From: a bacterium
GTDB taxonomy: Bacteria > Hinthialibacterota > Hinthialibacteria > Hinthialibacterales > Hinthialibacteraceae
Length of the DNA stretch: 64,000 bases
Direction: 5' to 3'
Assembly: GCA_963662285.2 (NCBI GenBank)
Contig: CAXXMV010000006.1
Span: 896,001 to 960,000 of the forward strand
The position numbers and the translations under genes are program-made. The notes beneath the pieces were generated by a model that saw nothing but the letters and a program-made list of their open reading frames with translations, made no database searches and was not told the DNA's origin. Of this stretch, positions 10,157 through 21,300 are shown piece by piece. Every line of letters starts with the position of its first letter. Position 1 is the stretch's first letter.

Positions 10157-11407
10157 ATGAAAATAAATCGAAAATCATTTATAAGCGCCGCAGGTACAGG
10201 GCTTTTAGCCATAGCATCATACAAAACCTCCGAAGCCAATAAGAGAAGAATATCGACTGCGATACTGGATAAGGCTGCTGCGCGTCGCGTGTTGAATGTT
10301 GATGATATCAAAGCGCCGGTCAAGATCGCTTCGATTGAGTTATTCAGGTTCGGTAACGAACATTTCGTAAAAACAACTTCAACCGATGGAGCCATAGGTT
10401 TCGCAATAACTAACAATCGCGTCGCGTATCTATATCCACTGCTCGAACAGACCGTCATTCCGTACTTTATCGGCGCAGACGCTCGCAATCTCGAAGACCT
10501 GATTGACGGTATTTATTTATTCAACAGTAATTACAAACTACAGGGACTGGCGTTATGGTGCTGTGTTGCCTGGGTGGAATTCAGCATCCTGGATATGCTG
10601 GGTAAGATTTTAGATAAACCCATCGGCGCTCTATTGGGCGGTATTATCAACAAAGAGATTCCGGTATATTGCGCCAGCGGCAACCGGAATACATCTCCTC
10701 AAGAAGAAGCCGATATATTAAAAAAACTGGTTGATGATAATGGAGTAAAAGCAGTCAAATTCAAAGTGGGCGGGCGTATGAGCAACAACGCCGATTCGAT
10801 TCTCGGACGCACAGAATCTTTGATCCCGCTGGTTCGAAAAGTATTAGGCGACCATATCACCATTCACGCCGATTCAAACGGTTCCTATGATGCTCCCAAG
10901 GCGATTGAAATCGGTAAGATGCTCGAGGATATCGATGCCCATTTCTTTGAAGAACCTTGTCCCTTCGATCATCTGGAAGATACTAGAAAAGTAGCCGACG
11001 CATTAAATATTCCCATCGCGGGCGGCGAATGCGAAAGCAGTCATCAACGCTTCCGCTGGATGATCGAAAATAACGCAGTCCAGGTAGTGCAGCCCGATCT
11101 GCATTATTATGGTGGATTTATTCGCTCCCAACGGGTCGCCCGGATGGCGGCGGCGGCGGGAAGCCCCATTACCTTGCACATGGGCGGCAGCGGAGTTGGT
11201 TTTGTTGAAGTGCTTCAGTTCGCTTCTTGTACTCCGAACGCTGGAAAATTCCAGGAATTTAAAGGCAACTTAAAAAAACTCAGTCAATGGTATGATCCAC
11301 CGCTTAGATTAAAGGACGGCGCCATCAATATCCCCGAAGGACCGGGAATGGGGATTAACGCCAATCCAGATTTTCTGCAAAAAGCCAGACGGATTATCCC
11401 TGGTTGA
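10157..11407 (+). CDS. Mandelate racemase/muconate lactonizing enzyme family (enolase superfamily) protein with Tat-like leader
   Basis: KFKVG, HADSN, FFEEP, AGGECE, QPD, PEGPGMG; N-terminal NRKSFI plus hydrophobic stretch. Confidence 0.85.
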   Translation: MKINRKSFISAAGTGLLAIASYKTSEANKRRISTAILDKAAARRVLNVDDIKAPVKIASIELFRFGNEHFVKTTSTDGAIGFAITNNRVAYLYPLLEQTVIPYFIGADARNLEDLIDGIYLFNSNYKLQGLALWCCVAWVEFSILDMLGKILDKPIGALLGGIINKEIPVYCASGNRNTSPQEEADILKKLVDDNGVKAVKFKVGGRMSNNADSILGRTESLIPLVRKVLGDHITIHADSNGSYDAPKAIEIGKMLEDIDAHFFEEPCPFDHLEDTRKVADALNIPIAGGECESSHQRFRWMIENNAVQVVQPDLHYYGGFIRSQRVARMAAAAGSPITLHMGGSGVGFVEVLQFASCTPNAGKFQEFKGNLKKLSQWYDPPLRLKDGAINIPEGPGMGINANPDFLQKARRIIPG

Positions 11408-11467
11408 GGGAATGGTGAACATCTGTAATCCGCAATTCTATAACATAATATCAAGGGATTCTCAACT

Positions 11468-12451
11468 ATGCTAAAAACTTGTGTGATTCAATTCATCCTC
11501 ATCCTGGGTTTATCATCCTACGCGTTGGCGGTCGCGCCTGAATATTCAATAGTAGACAAGGGCGTTATCATCCAAGGCGTTGATGGAACAAATCCAATTA
11601 TTTATGATAACGATTGGTGGGATGATGTATTCGACAACAACTATCTATGGGCGCAAGTTCATCTAGGTAAAGCCGATTTACGGGGCAATATCGTTACCCG
11701 TGATATGTGGGATCATCCAAAATATATCTATTCCATGAAAAAATGCGTCGATAATGCCCATAAAGCGCTTCGAGAAGCGAAAGACAGTGGTTTGAAAATC
11801 AACCAGCCCATAACTCCGGGGTCAGACCGCGTGTTGACTTGCCCAGCCAGCGGTAAAATTGAAGATACTAAATCATATCCAACTCCGGGCAGTCGTTTAA
11901 TCGTCCAGCAAGCCAAAAAAGCCTCCAGCAATAAACCACTGGTCATTATCGCTGGAGGTCCTCTAACCACAATCGCCAACGCCTTACTGACCAATCCTGA
12001 AATAGCTGACCGCATTATCGTTTTCGCCTTAAGTATTCATTCCTATGCTTATAACGGAAAAGATGGCTGGAGTGGATATATCGTGGCCAAAAAAACTCGA
12101 ATGGTTGAATGGGCTACTGGTTCGTTCTGGGATAAAAATTCTGTTTTCGCTCCGAAACACTTTGAAAATCTGCCGGACAATCCCTTCTGCAAAGATATGA
12201 AGTGCCTCATTAACACCGAATTAGGTCAACTCAATCAGCTGGGCGACGGCGCCCCGTTGGTTTGGCTCTACAACACCAAATGCTGGAACGGAGCAAAAAT
12301 CAGAAAAGCCGTCTGGAACAAAAAAAAGGTAGATTTCATCGAAGACAAAGAAGGCGACATTCTCGATATCCCGAAAGCCAACACCGACCTAGACGAAAGC
12401 CGCAAAGAATTCTTCCGCGTAATATCTGATACCAACCTGTTTAATAATTAA
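11468..12451 (+). CDS. Secreted nucleoside-hydrolase-like protein
   Basis: Signal peptide; IIYDNDW; IIAGGPLTTIANALLTNPEIADRI resembles the IU-nucleoside hydrolase fold. Confidence 0.6.
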   Translation: MLKTCVIQFILILGLSSYALAVAPEYSIVDKGVIIQGVDGTNPIIYDNDWWDDVFDNNYLWAQVHLGKADLRGNIVTRDMWDHPKYIYSMKKCVDNAHKALREAKDSGLKINQPITPGSDRVLTCPASGKIEDTKSYPTPGSRLIVQQAKKASSNKPLVIIAGGPLTTIANALLTNPEIADRIIVFALSIHSYAYNGKDGWSGYIVAKKTRMVEWATGSFWDKNSVFAPKHFENLPDNPFCKDMKCLINTELGQLNQLGDGAPLVWLYNTKCWNGAKIRKAVWNKKKVDFIEDKEGDILDIPKANTDLDESRKEFFRVISDTNLFNN

Positions 12452-12618
12452 ATTCAATAATTTCATAAAACTCAATAGATATTTGGGAAATAATTGAGTC
12501 TGATCAGAATAACGTTATAGGTCAACTTCAGGAGGAGATGAAGGAATAATATTAAGCAGTTTTGCGATCAAATCAGGGATATCATCTACCACAACGCGCC
12601 AAAGGCGCTCATGTTTGA

Positions 12619-13470
12619 TATCACCATATTCATGAGCCAACACATGCCGTTGTCCGTGATGCGCGAAACCAACATCCCATCCCCGATGCTAAAGTCATTC
12701 TCAAAAACCAGCAGGGTAATATTTTTGATAAAGTTATCCAAACCGACGAAATGGGATTTTTTAAGGTCGATAATATTCAAGCAGGTATTTATCAACTTTT
12801 TTCAGAAGCGGATGGTTACGCTCAACAGGAAAACCAATTCATAACCATTGAATCAGACAAACCAAATGTCGTGGATATCTTGCTGTACCCAAGCGCAATA
12901 CTAAAGGGGATCGTCTTGGATGATCAACAACAACCTATTACCGGCGCCTCTCTTTATTTACAGAGTGAAATGGTTAAAGCCGATATTGCAAGTTTTCCTC
13001 CTCAATTAGAATCGCTGAGAGTCTATGAAAGTGATATCAATGGCCAGTTTGAAATCCCTGCTGTATCAATTAACGGCGATGCATTGATAGCGACTCATGC
13101 CTCTTTGGCTCCAGTACTCTATCAACTGCAACCCGATTGGAAAAATAACAGTGAGTCTTTGATTATTTACATGAATCATGGCGGGAGTATTGCAGGAAGC
13201 GTGATTGATGAAAACAATAACCCATTGTCGCAATCTGAGATCATATATTACAATCAACTGGATTTTCCCTGGCTGGTAGGACAAACTTCAACTAGGGAAG
13301 ATGGAACTTTTCGCCTAGATAATCTTTCTCCGGTTATGCTGACATTACATTGCTTCTCCGTAAAGTCAGAGCAGACTAGTCAACATAGCCAAAAGTTCAT
13401 GGTAAAGCAAAACCAGGTTACAACATTACAGTTTCAATTGAGCAACTCATCATCAATGACGAAACAGTAA
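12619..13470 (+). pseudogene. 5'-truncated carboxypeptidase-regulatory-like (transthyretin-fold) repeat protein
   Basis: The frame of ORF 12751..13470 stays open upstream (..VVRDARNQHPIPDAKVIL..) to TGA at 12616 without a start or signal peptide. Three G-x-V-x-D..P-I/L repeats are present. Confidence 0.55.
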
Positions 13471-13846
13471 AAAGGTCTAAAAGAATTATTTTGTCCATTG
13501 TGGGTTGTCGATGCTTAATCATGGTGCTAAAAATTTGGTAAGAGTTTTTTGTTAAAGAGTTCCCCATGATGATAATCTGCTGTACTGTGGATATATTCTA
13601 CAATTCCTCCACAAATTCATAGACGGTAGTTCCATATTATCTAAATGACTGGCATAATAAAATCAGGAATTAATACTATGTATAAATTAAACATATATGT
13701 TATAACATATTGAAAAATTTAAATTTATGCATCAACCATATAACAGTTATATTACTCTCTTGTTTTATGAATATTATATGATGAATGCCTTTCCCCTATC
13801 GGAAGATAGCTAGTTTTCAATTTATTACGTTTTTTGACTGAAGGAG

Positions 13847-15358
13847 ATGTTAATGAAAAAGATCATGCTGATTTATCCTCCATACGAACGGTTTCGCGGG
13901 ACATCTTTCGCGCATTTCCCCATCGGTCTTGGTTTTTTGGCCACCATGTTAAATAACAACGGCTATGAAGCCCGTATTTATAACGCCGATTTCGGGCCGG
14001 TTGAAACTGAATGTTTCGGTGAAAGAGATATAGTAAGCCGCACCAAAACCCAGGATATTTTCAGCTGCAACGCATTGGATGATAATCATTATATCTGGAA
14101 GGAAATCCGGCAACGTTTATCGGACTATCAACCGGATATGGTGGGGATTTATACCACGACGGTCGCTTATCCTATCGTCTTAAAGATTCTATCCATCGTC
14201 AAAGAGATGAATAGCGATTGCGTCACCATACTTGGCGGCCCGCACCCCACTGTCTTACCCGACAAAGTGATGGAGATCGAGTATGTCGATTTTCTGTTAA
14301 TGGGCGAAGCGGAATTCACCTTGCCGAAACTGTGCGACGAGATCAAAAATGGCGCCCGTAATTTCCAATCGATTGCTGGATTGGGATATCGTGATAATGG
14401 TAATGTGATTATCAATAAAGATTATGCCTTCAACGACAATATTGGTGAACTGCCAGTTGTGGACCGGGAAGTGGTTTTCGACCGGGAAACCTATCCCAAT
14501 AACGTTTTGGGTGGAACCATCCTTGGCAGCAGAGGGTGTCCCCACCGCTGTACTTTTTGCGCCAGCGTTTCGATTTGGAAACGCCATATTCGCTATCTGT
14601 CTGTTGAAAATATCATTGCCGAATTAAAGCAATTAAAAGAAAAATACAAATTAACCCGCTTCTCTTTTTATGATGATACTTTTACCAGTCATGCCAAAAA
14701 AGCCAGAGAATTTTGTGAAAAACTGATCGAAGAAAAAATCGACCTCAATTGGACCTGTCTTACACGGGCTGATTTGATCAATGAACCGATGTTGGATTTA
14801 CTCAAGCGCTCTGGTTGCACGGCTATTTCCGTCGGCATCGAATCGGGCAGCGACCGGGTTTTGAAGGCTATGAAGAAGGGCATCACAACCGAAACCATTC
14901 GTAATGCAGTTCGTTTAATTAAACGACATCAAATGGAATTTTATGCATTTTTTATTGTAGGTTTGCCATACGAAAAAGCTGAAGATATTCGTATGACTAT
15001 CGACATCATTAAAGAGATCAAACCAGATCACATGAACCTCAGTACGTTTTTTCCCTATCCCGGAACCGAAGCGCATGAGGAAACCGTCAAACTTGGCATG
15101 CTGGACGCCGATTATGATTGGGCTACGAATTTAGAAATTGGTCATCACAGTATGCACAATTGTTTTACGCCCCATATTCCCAAAGAGGAATTCAAAACCC
15201 TGGTGGTTGAAGCGCTCGAAACCGCCCGTCAAGCCAATGCTGTGACCTTGCAAAAACGATTGAATAGCTATTGGCAGCGTAAAGGATACTATCTGAAGCA
15301 TCCGGAATACCTGGTGAAAAGATTCTTTGCTATTGTCAGAGGGAAAACCAGTTCCTAG
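13847..15358 (+). CDS. Cobalamin-binding radical SAM protein (class B methyltransferase-like)
   Basis: PIGLGFLA, ILGGPHPT, GEAE B12-binding domain; SRGCPHRCTFC CxxxCxxC; FYDDTF; GIESGS; RBS GAAGGAG. Confidence 0.9.
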   Translation: MLMKKIMLIYPPYERFRGTSFAHFPIGLGFLATMLNNNGYEARIYNADFGPVETECFGERDIVSRTKTQDIFSCNALDDNHYIWKEIRQRLSDYQPDMVGIYTTTVAYPIVLKILSIVKEMNSDCVTILGGPHPTVLPDKVMEIEYVDFLLMGEAEFTLPKLCDEIKNGARNFQSIAGLGYRDNGNVIINKDYAFNDNIGELPVVDREVVFDRETYPNNVLGGTILGSRGCPHRCTFCASVSIWKRHIRYLSVENIIAELKQLKEKYKLTRFSFYDDTFTSHAKKAREFCEKLIEEKIDLNWTCLTRADLINEPMLDLLKRSGCTAISVGIESGSDRVLKAMKKGITTETIRNAVRLIKRHQMEFYAFFIVGLPYEKAEDIRMTIDIIKEIKPDHMNLSTFFPYPGTEAHEETVKLGMLDADYDWATNLEIGHHSMHNCFTPHIPKEEFKTLVVEALETARQANAVTLQKRLNSYWQRKGYYLKHPEYLVKRFFAIVRGKTSS

Positions 15359-15431
15359 AGTATACTTTGTTTGAAGGCTGATCATGAAAAGTGATAACAA
15401 CATTTTGGGGAATTAATGGGCAGTCAAAAAA

Positions 15432-15464
15432 GTAAGATAGGACAAAGCGACCGCGTGTCCCATC
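15432..15464 (+). repeat. Degenerate GTAG-type REP-like palindrome
   Basis: GTAA-GATAGGACA-AAGCGACCGCG-TGTCCCATC, same architecture as 9018-9051. Confidence 0.55.
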
Positions 15465-15678
15465 GTTTTATTGGATGTAATCATTATAGCAAAAAAATCT
15501 AAAATCTTTGACTATGATTTTAAATCGTATATACGTTTCTCCATATCTTGATTGATGCTTTTCAAAAAATATAAGTGATCTATTTCAGAATATAGGCTAA
15601 ACTCCAACTTTATCAAAAAATAGAATTCCTCCCCCACCCCACAAGAATCCCAAAACCCCAAAATCACTGCTATGATGG

Positions 15679-18204
15679 TTGATTATGAATCAACTACAGC
15701 CAATCAATCATAATCAGACTTTATCCGATGTTGTGCGTTCGTTTGCGCGTCGCGGGGATGATGACGCGCTATGTTTTTTTAATGGATTTCGGATTTTCCG
15801 TTATTCATACCGGGAGGTCTATGATTTATCGCTGCGTTGCGCGGCTTATTTCAGAGATAAGGGCGTCGGTCGGGGCGACCGGGTTTTGATTTGGGCTTCT
15901 AACCGTCCTGAGTGGGGCGTGGTGTTCTGCGCCTGCGCATTGAGCGGCGTGGTGCTTGTCCCGCTGGACGCCCGCAATACTGAGGATTTCGCGGTTCGGG
16001 TGGGGCGGGAAACCGAAGCCAAATTGATTGTGCGAAGCCGGGTGAGACGCGATCCGGGGCTGCCTATTCCAACTGTGTTTGTTGAAGACCTGTTCGAGTT
16101 TCTCAAGGCCTATGATCCCGCAGAAATCACGGAACAGGTTAAGCCCGGTGATCCGCTGGAGATTCTATATACATCAGGCACCACCGGGAATCCCAAGGGA
16201 GTCGTTTTGACTCATGGCAATATCGTCGCAAACCTGAGTGATATTCTTCAACTTATTCCGGTTGACCAATCATACCGTCTGCTCTCGGTATTGCCGCTGA
16301 GCCACGCCCTGGAGCAGATGGCCGGGTTCTGGGCGCCGCTGGCGGCGGGAGGCTCGGTGCTTTATTTGCAGGCCATGAAGCCGTCCGCCTTGTTTCAGGC
16401 CTTTCAACGCGACCGTATCACCGTCATGATTCTGGTGCCCCGGCTGCTGGCGCTGCTCAAGCACCGCATCGAGAATACTCTGCAAGAAAAACACCTGACA
16501 GGTTATCTGAAATTAGGTTTAAGCCTATCTCCCTTGATGCCGGTATGGCTCAGGAAGATTTATTTCTATCCCATCCACAAAGGTTTCAATCCAAAATTCA
16601 ACCTCTTCGTAGTCGGCGGCTCATCATTACCGCATGATGTCGAACAGTTCTGGAGAGCCATTGGCTTTGAATTGCTGCAAGGCTACGGGCTGACCGAAAC
16701 CAGCCCTGTTTTGGCGGCTAGTGGTATCGGTGGCGCCAGAATGGGTTCGGTGGGTCATGCGCTGAGCAGCGTCAAGTTGCGCATGGGCGGCGATGGAGAA
16801 ATCCTCGCCCAAGGCCCCAACGTCTTCGGCGGCTATTACCAGAATCAAAAGGCCACTGATGAGGTCTTCGAGGATGGCTGGTTCAAAACGGGCGATATCG
16901 GCGAACAAGACCAGGACGGTTTTCTATATATCAAAAGCCGCAAAAAAGACATCATCGTCACCCCGGACGGCCTCAATGTATATCCCGAAGATATCGAAAG
17001 CATCATGGATACTGATGCCGCAATCAAGGAAGCCTGCGTGATCGGTATCGGAGAGCATCAAGAGAAAATCCACGCTGTGGTTCAGTGGCATGAAACAGTA
17101 GCCGATGGAGACGCCGTCATCCAGCGCGTCAACCTTCAGTTGCCGCCGGAGCAGCGCATCGAATCATGGAGCGAGTGGACTGAAAACGAGTTTCCCAAAA
17201 CCACCACGCTTAAAATAAAAAAGAATCTGGTTCGCCAGAAAATCGCTGATCAAGGCGATAAGCCTGATTCCCCCCAACCAGTGCAGGGAACCATGTTGCA
17301 GCAGATAATCTGCGAAATCGCCGATATCCCGCTTAAGTCCTTATACCCCGAAGCAAAATTGGGAGACGACCTGGGGCTGAGTTCTATCGGGCGGGTTGAA
17401 TTGATCACCCGGCTCGAAGAGGAATACCGCATCGATATTGATGATGACGTGGTGACTCCAGATACCACGGTAGCCGGATTGGATCAAATCATAATCCAGA
17501 AAAAAGGCGCCGCACAAGACATCTGTTTCCGGCGTTCGACCTTGTCGCCAATATGCCGCGCAGTGCGATGGGCTTTCGACCGCATGGTAGTGCGAAACTT
17601 AATGAGGATTTATTGCGACGTCGAATGCAGCGGCCTGGAAAACCTGGGCGGCTTGAATGACGGGCCATACCTGATTGTATCCAACCACACCAGCCACATT
17701 GATACTCCACTGATTCGTATGACATTACCGCCGCATATCGGCGACCGCATCTGTCCCGCAGCCTGGAGGGAGTATTTCAACGCGGAAGGCCGCCCGTTGC
17801 ATATAAGGATCGGCAAATGGATGGCCTGGCAGATAGCCACTATTTTCTTCAATATTTTCCCCTTCCCCCAAACCGCCGCCTACCGAAAGAGCATGTCCTA
17901 CGCCGGGGAACTGGTAGACAAGGGGTGGAGCGTGTTGTTCTATCCCGAAGGCGGTCGCACCATTGATGGCGATTGGAAAGAATTCCGCGAGGGAATCGGC
18001 ATCCTCTCCAGTAATTTAAGCGTCCCCATAATACCGGTAGCCATCCTGGGAGGAGAAAAAATCCTACCCGCAGGCGCCGCGATCCCAAAACGCAACAAAG
18101 TAAAAATAGCCTTCGGACGTCCCTTCTGCGTAGATCACGCCCACTATAAAGAAATAGCCGATCAGGTAAAACAAGAAATGCGGGCGCTATGGGAAACGCT
18201 GTAA
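15679..18204 (+). CDS. Aas-like fusion: AMP-dependent acyl ligase + acyl carrier domain + PlsC-type acyltransferase
   Basis: YTSGTTGNPKG, QGYGLTE, WFKTGDIG; carrier motif LGDDLGLSSIGRVEL; NHTSHID (HX4D) and FYPEGGRT. Start may be ATG 15685. Confidence 0.85.
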   Translation: MIMNQLQPINHNQTLSDVVRSFARRGDDDALCFFNGFRIFRYSYREVYDLSLRCAAYFRDKGVGRGDRVLIWASNRPEWGVVFCACALSGVVLVPLDARNTEDFAVRVGRETEAKLIVRSRVRRDPGLPIPTVFVEDLFEFLKAYDPAEITEQVKPGDPLEILYTSGTTGNPKGVVLTHGNIVANLSDILQLIPVDQSYRLLSVLPLSHALEQMAGFWAPLAAGGSVLYLQAMKPSALFQAFQRDRITVMILVPRLLALLKHRIENTLQEKHLTGYLKLGLSLSPLMPVWLRKIYFYPIHKGFNPKFNLFVVGGSSLPHDVEQFWRAIGFELLQGYGLTETSPVLAASGIGGARMGSVGHALSSVKLRMGGDGEILAQGPNVFGGYYQNQKATDEVFEDGWFKTGDIGEQDQDGFLYIKSRKKDIIVTPDGLNVYPEDIESIMDTDAAIKEACVIGIGEHQEKIHAVVQWHETVADGDAVIQRVNLQLPPEQRIESWSEWTENEFPKTTTLKIKKNLVRQKIADQGDKPDSPQPVQGTMLQQIICEIADIPLKSLYPEAKLGDDLGLSSIGRVELITRLEEEYRIDIDDDVVTPDTTVAGLDQIIIQKKGAAQDICFRRSTLSPICRAVRWAFDRMVVRNLMRIYCDVECSGLENLGGLNDGPYLIVSNHTSHIDTPLIRMTLPPHIGDRICPAAWREYFNAEGRPLHIRIGKWMAWQIATIFFNIFPFPQTAAYRKSMSYAGELVDKGWSVLFYPEGGRTIDGDWKEFREGIGILSSNLSVPIIPVAILGGEKILPAGAAIPKRNKVKIAFGRPFCVDHAHYKEIADQVKQEMRALWETL

Positions 18205-18343
18205 CTCGCAAAAAAATCCTTCTCAGTATAAGTGTTGTTATTAATACGTATTGGCGAATTGCTGTTGCTGAAAATATTGTATTATGATATATTTGGTTTA
18301 ATCATTGTTGTGTATAACTTTTTACATCATCCAGGGGGGATTC

Positions 18344-21300
18344 ATGAGAACAACAACACGACTGATTATATCTAATCCAATCATTTGTTTGATCATATTA
18401 TTAACCTATGCTTCCAGCGCAGTTTGCTCCACTCTTGATATGATGGCTGATATATCGAAGCCAGTAGTTACCGAATTCGCGGAATATCAACCTGAATTGA
18501 TTGATATCACACCATCGGTTGAGCCATACAAAATCGCTGATGATTTCAGTAATGTTTGGAATTTCGATCAATTTCAATTTTCGGATGAACAAAAGCGGTT
18601 GCTTCTCGAAAATGGTTTCGTCGCCGTGCAAAGCGATGATAAGGAGATGTATGAGATTTACAACCGGGCGCTTAAAGAGAATACGCCTATCTTTGTTACG
18701 GTAGACGCCCTGCTTCATGCTTTCCACGAACAATTCGATTACATTCTGCGCACCCTCGAAACCGACAGGTTCATTTCTCATATACAACAGATGACCATCG
18801 CCCTGATCGATGGCTCATTGGAGCAATATAACGAGGCCGCCGATTCCCGCGTTAAAGAAGCAGCGCGCAAAAACCTCGCCTTTTTCTGTGTTGCGCTTGC
18901 CATGCTTGATGCTGACTATGCTGCTCCCGCATTGGTCGCGGAACTGGTTGCGTCTGAATTGCAACTCATCGACGCTCACAATAGCATGACGCATTCTCCG
19001 TTGCGTGGTTATGCGGAAGACTACACCCAGTACGTCCCGCGTGGGCACTATACTCTTTCAGAAGACCTGAAGCGCTATTTCCGCGCCATGATGTGGTATG
19101 GCCGAAGCACGTTTCATAACAAGGAAACAGCATTCTTAGGCATTACGCATGACATGGCGGAAATGGAAACCATTCAGGCCTTGCTGGTTACTCAATTGAT
19201 GAACATATCATCCATAGGCGACAATTCGGTTTTGGATCTATGGCGACAAGTATACCTTCCCACAGTCTTCTTCGTCGGCCAATCCGATAACCTTAATATC
19301 GACGATTACACCAGCGCTGCGCTGGATGTCTACGGCGCAGATTTCACCACCCTACCCGTAGATCAATTCAGCGACGCTGATAACCTGGATGCTTTCATGA
19401 ATTACCCCACCCGCCCGGCGTCGCAAATCAGCGCGGATGTCTGGGGCGGTGGATTCAGCATCATGGGTCAGCGTTTTATCCCCGATTCCTACATTATTGA
19501 TAAACTGAATTTTCTTGAAGAAGCCCGTTTACCCAGCGGTTTGGATGTCATGTCCGTATTAGGCTCAGAGCGCGCCAAAGAGATACTGACTCAATCCGGT
19601 TTATACACAGAGATGTATGCAGAGAAGCATGATAAATTGTACCAGGAATTCTTGGATAAAGATGAATCAGTCTGGGCCCAAAATGTATATTGGAACTGGT
19701 TATATTGCTTAATGCCCATGCTGGCCGACAAGGAAGAAGGCTTCCCCTTTTTCATGCAGAACGACGCATGGCGCGACAAGGATTTATCCTGCGCCCTGGG
19801 TTCATGGGCTGAACTGCGGCACGATACGATTTTATATGCCCGGCCTAGTGCTGTCGGTAGTGCGGATAACTCATCTAATGCTTACAAATCGGAGTACGTC
19901 GAACCAAATCCCTGGGCTTTTGGTCGTCTAGCATCCTTAGTGCGCTATACCATTGATGGACTAAATAATCTTAACCTTATTAAAGATTTCAAATTTTCGG
20001 ATAGAATAAATGATCTGTATGAGATTTCATCATCATTACAAACTATCTCTTTGAAAGAACTGACAAACCAACCTTTAACAATCAATGAATGTAAATTTAT
20101 CCGTGGAATTGGAGATCCTTTGACATTGTTGTGTACTATCTTTGACGAGGAAGATGATAATTATTTTCCTGATGTACGTCCCGATGGAGAGAACATGGAT
20201 GATATGTCGTTAATTGCTGATATCCATACTGACTTGATAATTGGAGAAGCCTTGGAAATTGGCGTAGGTCGCCCATTAACGATATACGTCATAATCGGAG
20301 AAGGGGATAATTTGTCGATTTCCGTGGGATCAGCTTTTTCCTATTACGAATTCGGTCAACCCATGAATGACCGGCTGACCGATGAAGCATGGCGTAAAAT
20401 GCTGAATGAATCAGAGCAGCCGCCGCAACCAAGTTGGGTGAGCAGTTATATGGGAAATAATAATACACCGGATAATATTGATAAGAACGATAGGATAAAG
20501 AGGATATCCTCACCTGTTAGAGAAATGAATTATCTCATTTCGCCCTCTCTGCTTGCACAAGGAGAAAATCTAACGGCCCGGTTTGTTTTTGATGCAACAG
20601 AAATATATAGAAATATCGAATACTATGAAAAATATAATTATCCTTGCTATATACCCGGTATGGATTCTTACTTCGTCCAAATTATTTTAGGGGATCGTAT
20701 TCTAGTTATTGAACTCGAAGAAGATGTTCTAACCGATGAACCTTTCGATTATTCCGCCGTCATAAATACGGACGACTGGCCAACCGGAACCTATGATCTA
20801 TTATTCTATAGCCCCACCAATCTAGCGATTTACGCAAACAAGCAGTTCACGGTTTATGAAAGCGTCGAGCAAATTCCTACCTTAACTCCAACATTCACCC
20901 AGACGCCAACTCCAACTCTAACACCTATACCAACCGCGCCCCCTAATCCGGTTTATATGACGGATACCATGAATGATTCCCAATCGATAGTCTATGATTT
21001 CGATCCACCCTGGCAACGGGATATCATTATTCGTTGGGATTTCACGAAACAATATCAGAGTTATATGATAATGGTGAAAGTAAATGATAATGGTGAATTC
21101 CAGAATCTAGGCGAAACTGTCGGGAGTGAGAATTTCTTCGAGTGGAGCATCGATAATAAATATGGCCAAATCATTGCAGAAGAGTTTTTGGATGGACCTC
21201 AACTAAATACCGATTACACCTTCTCCATCTATGGGAGCAATAGGCGTTACTATTGGTTTTTATGTGAATCTTTCACCTTTCATTATAAAATTGATCAAAC

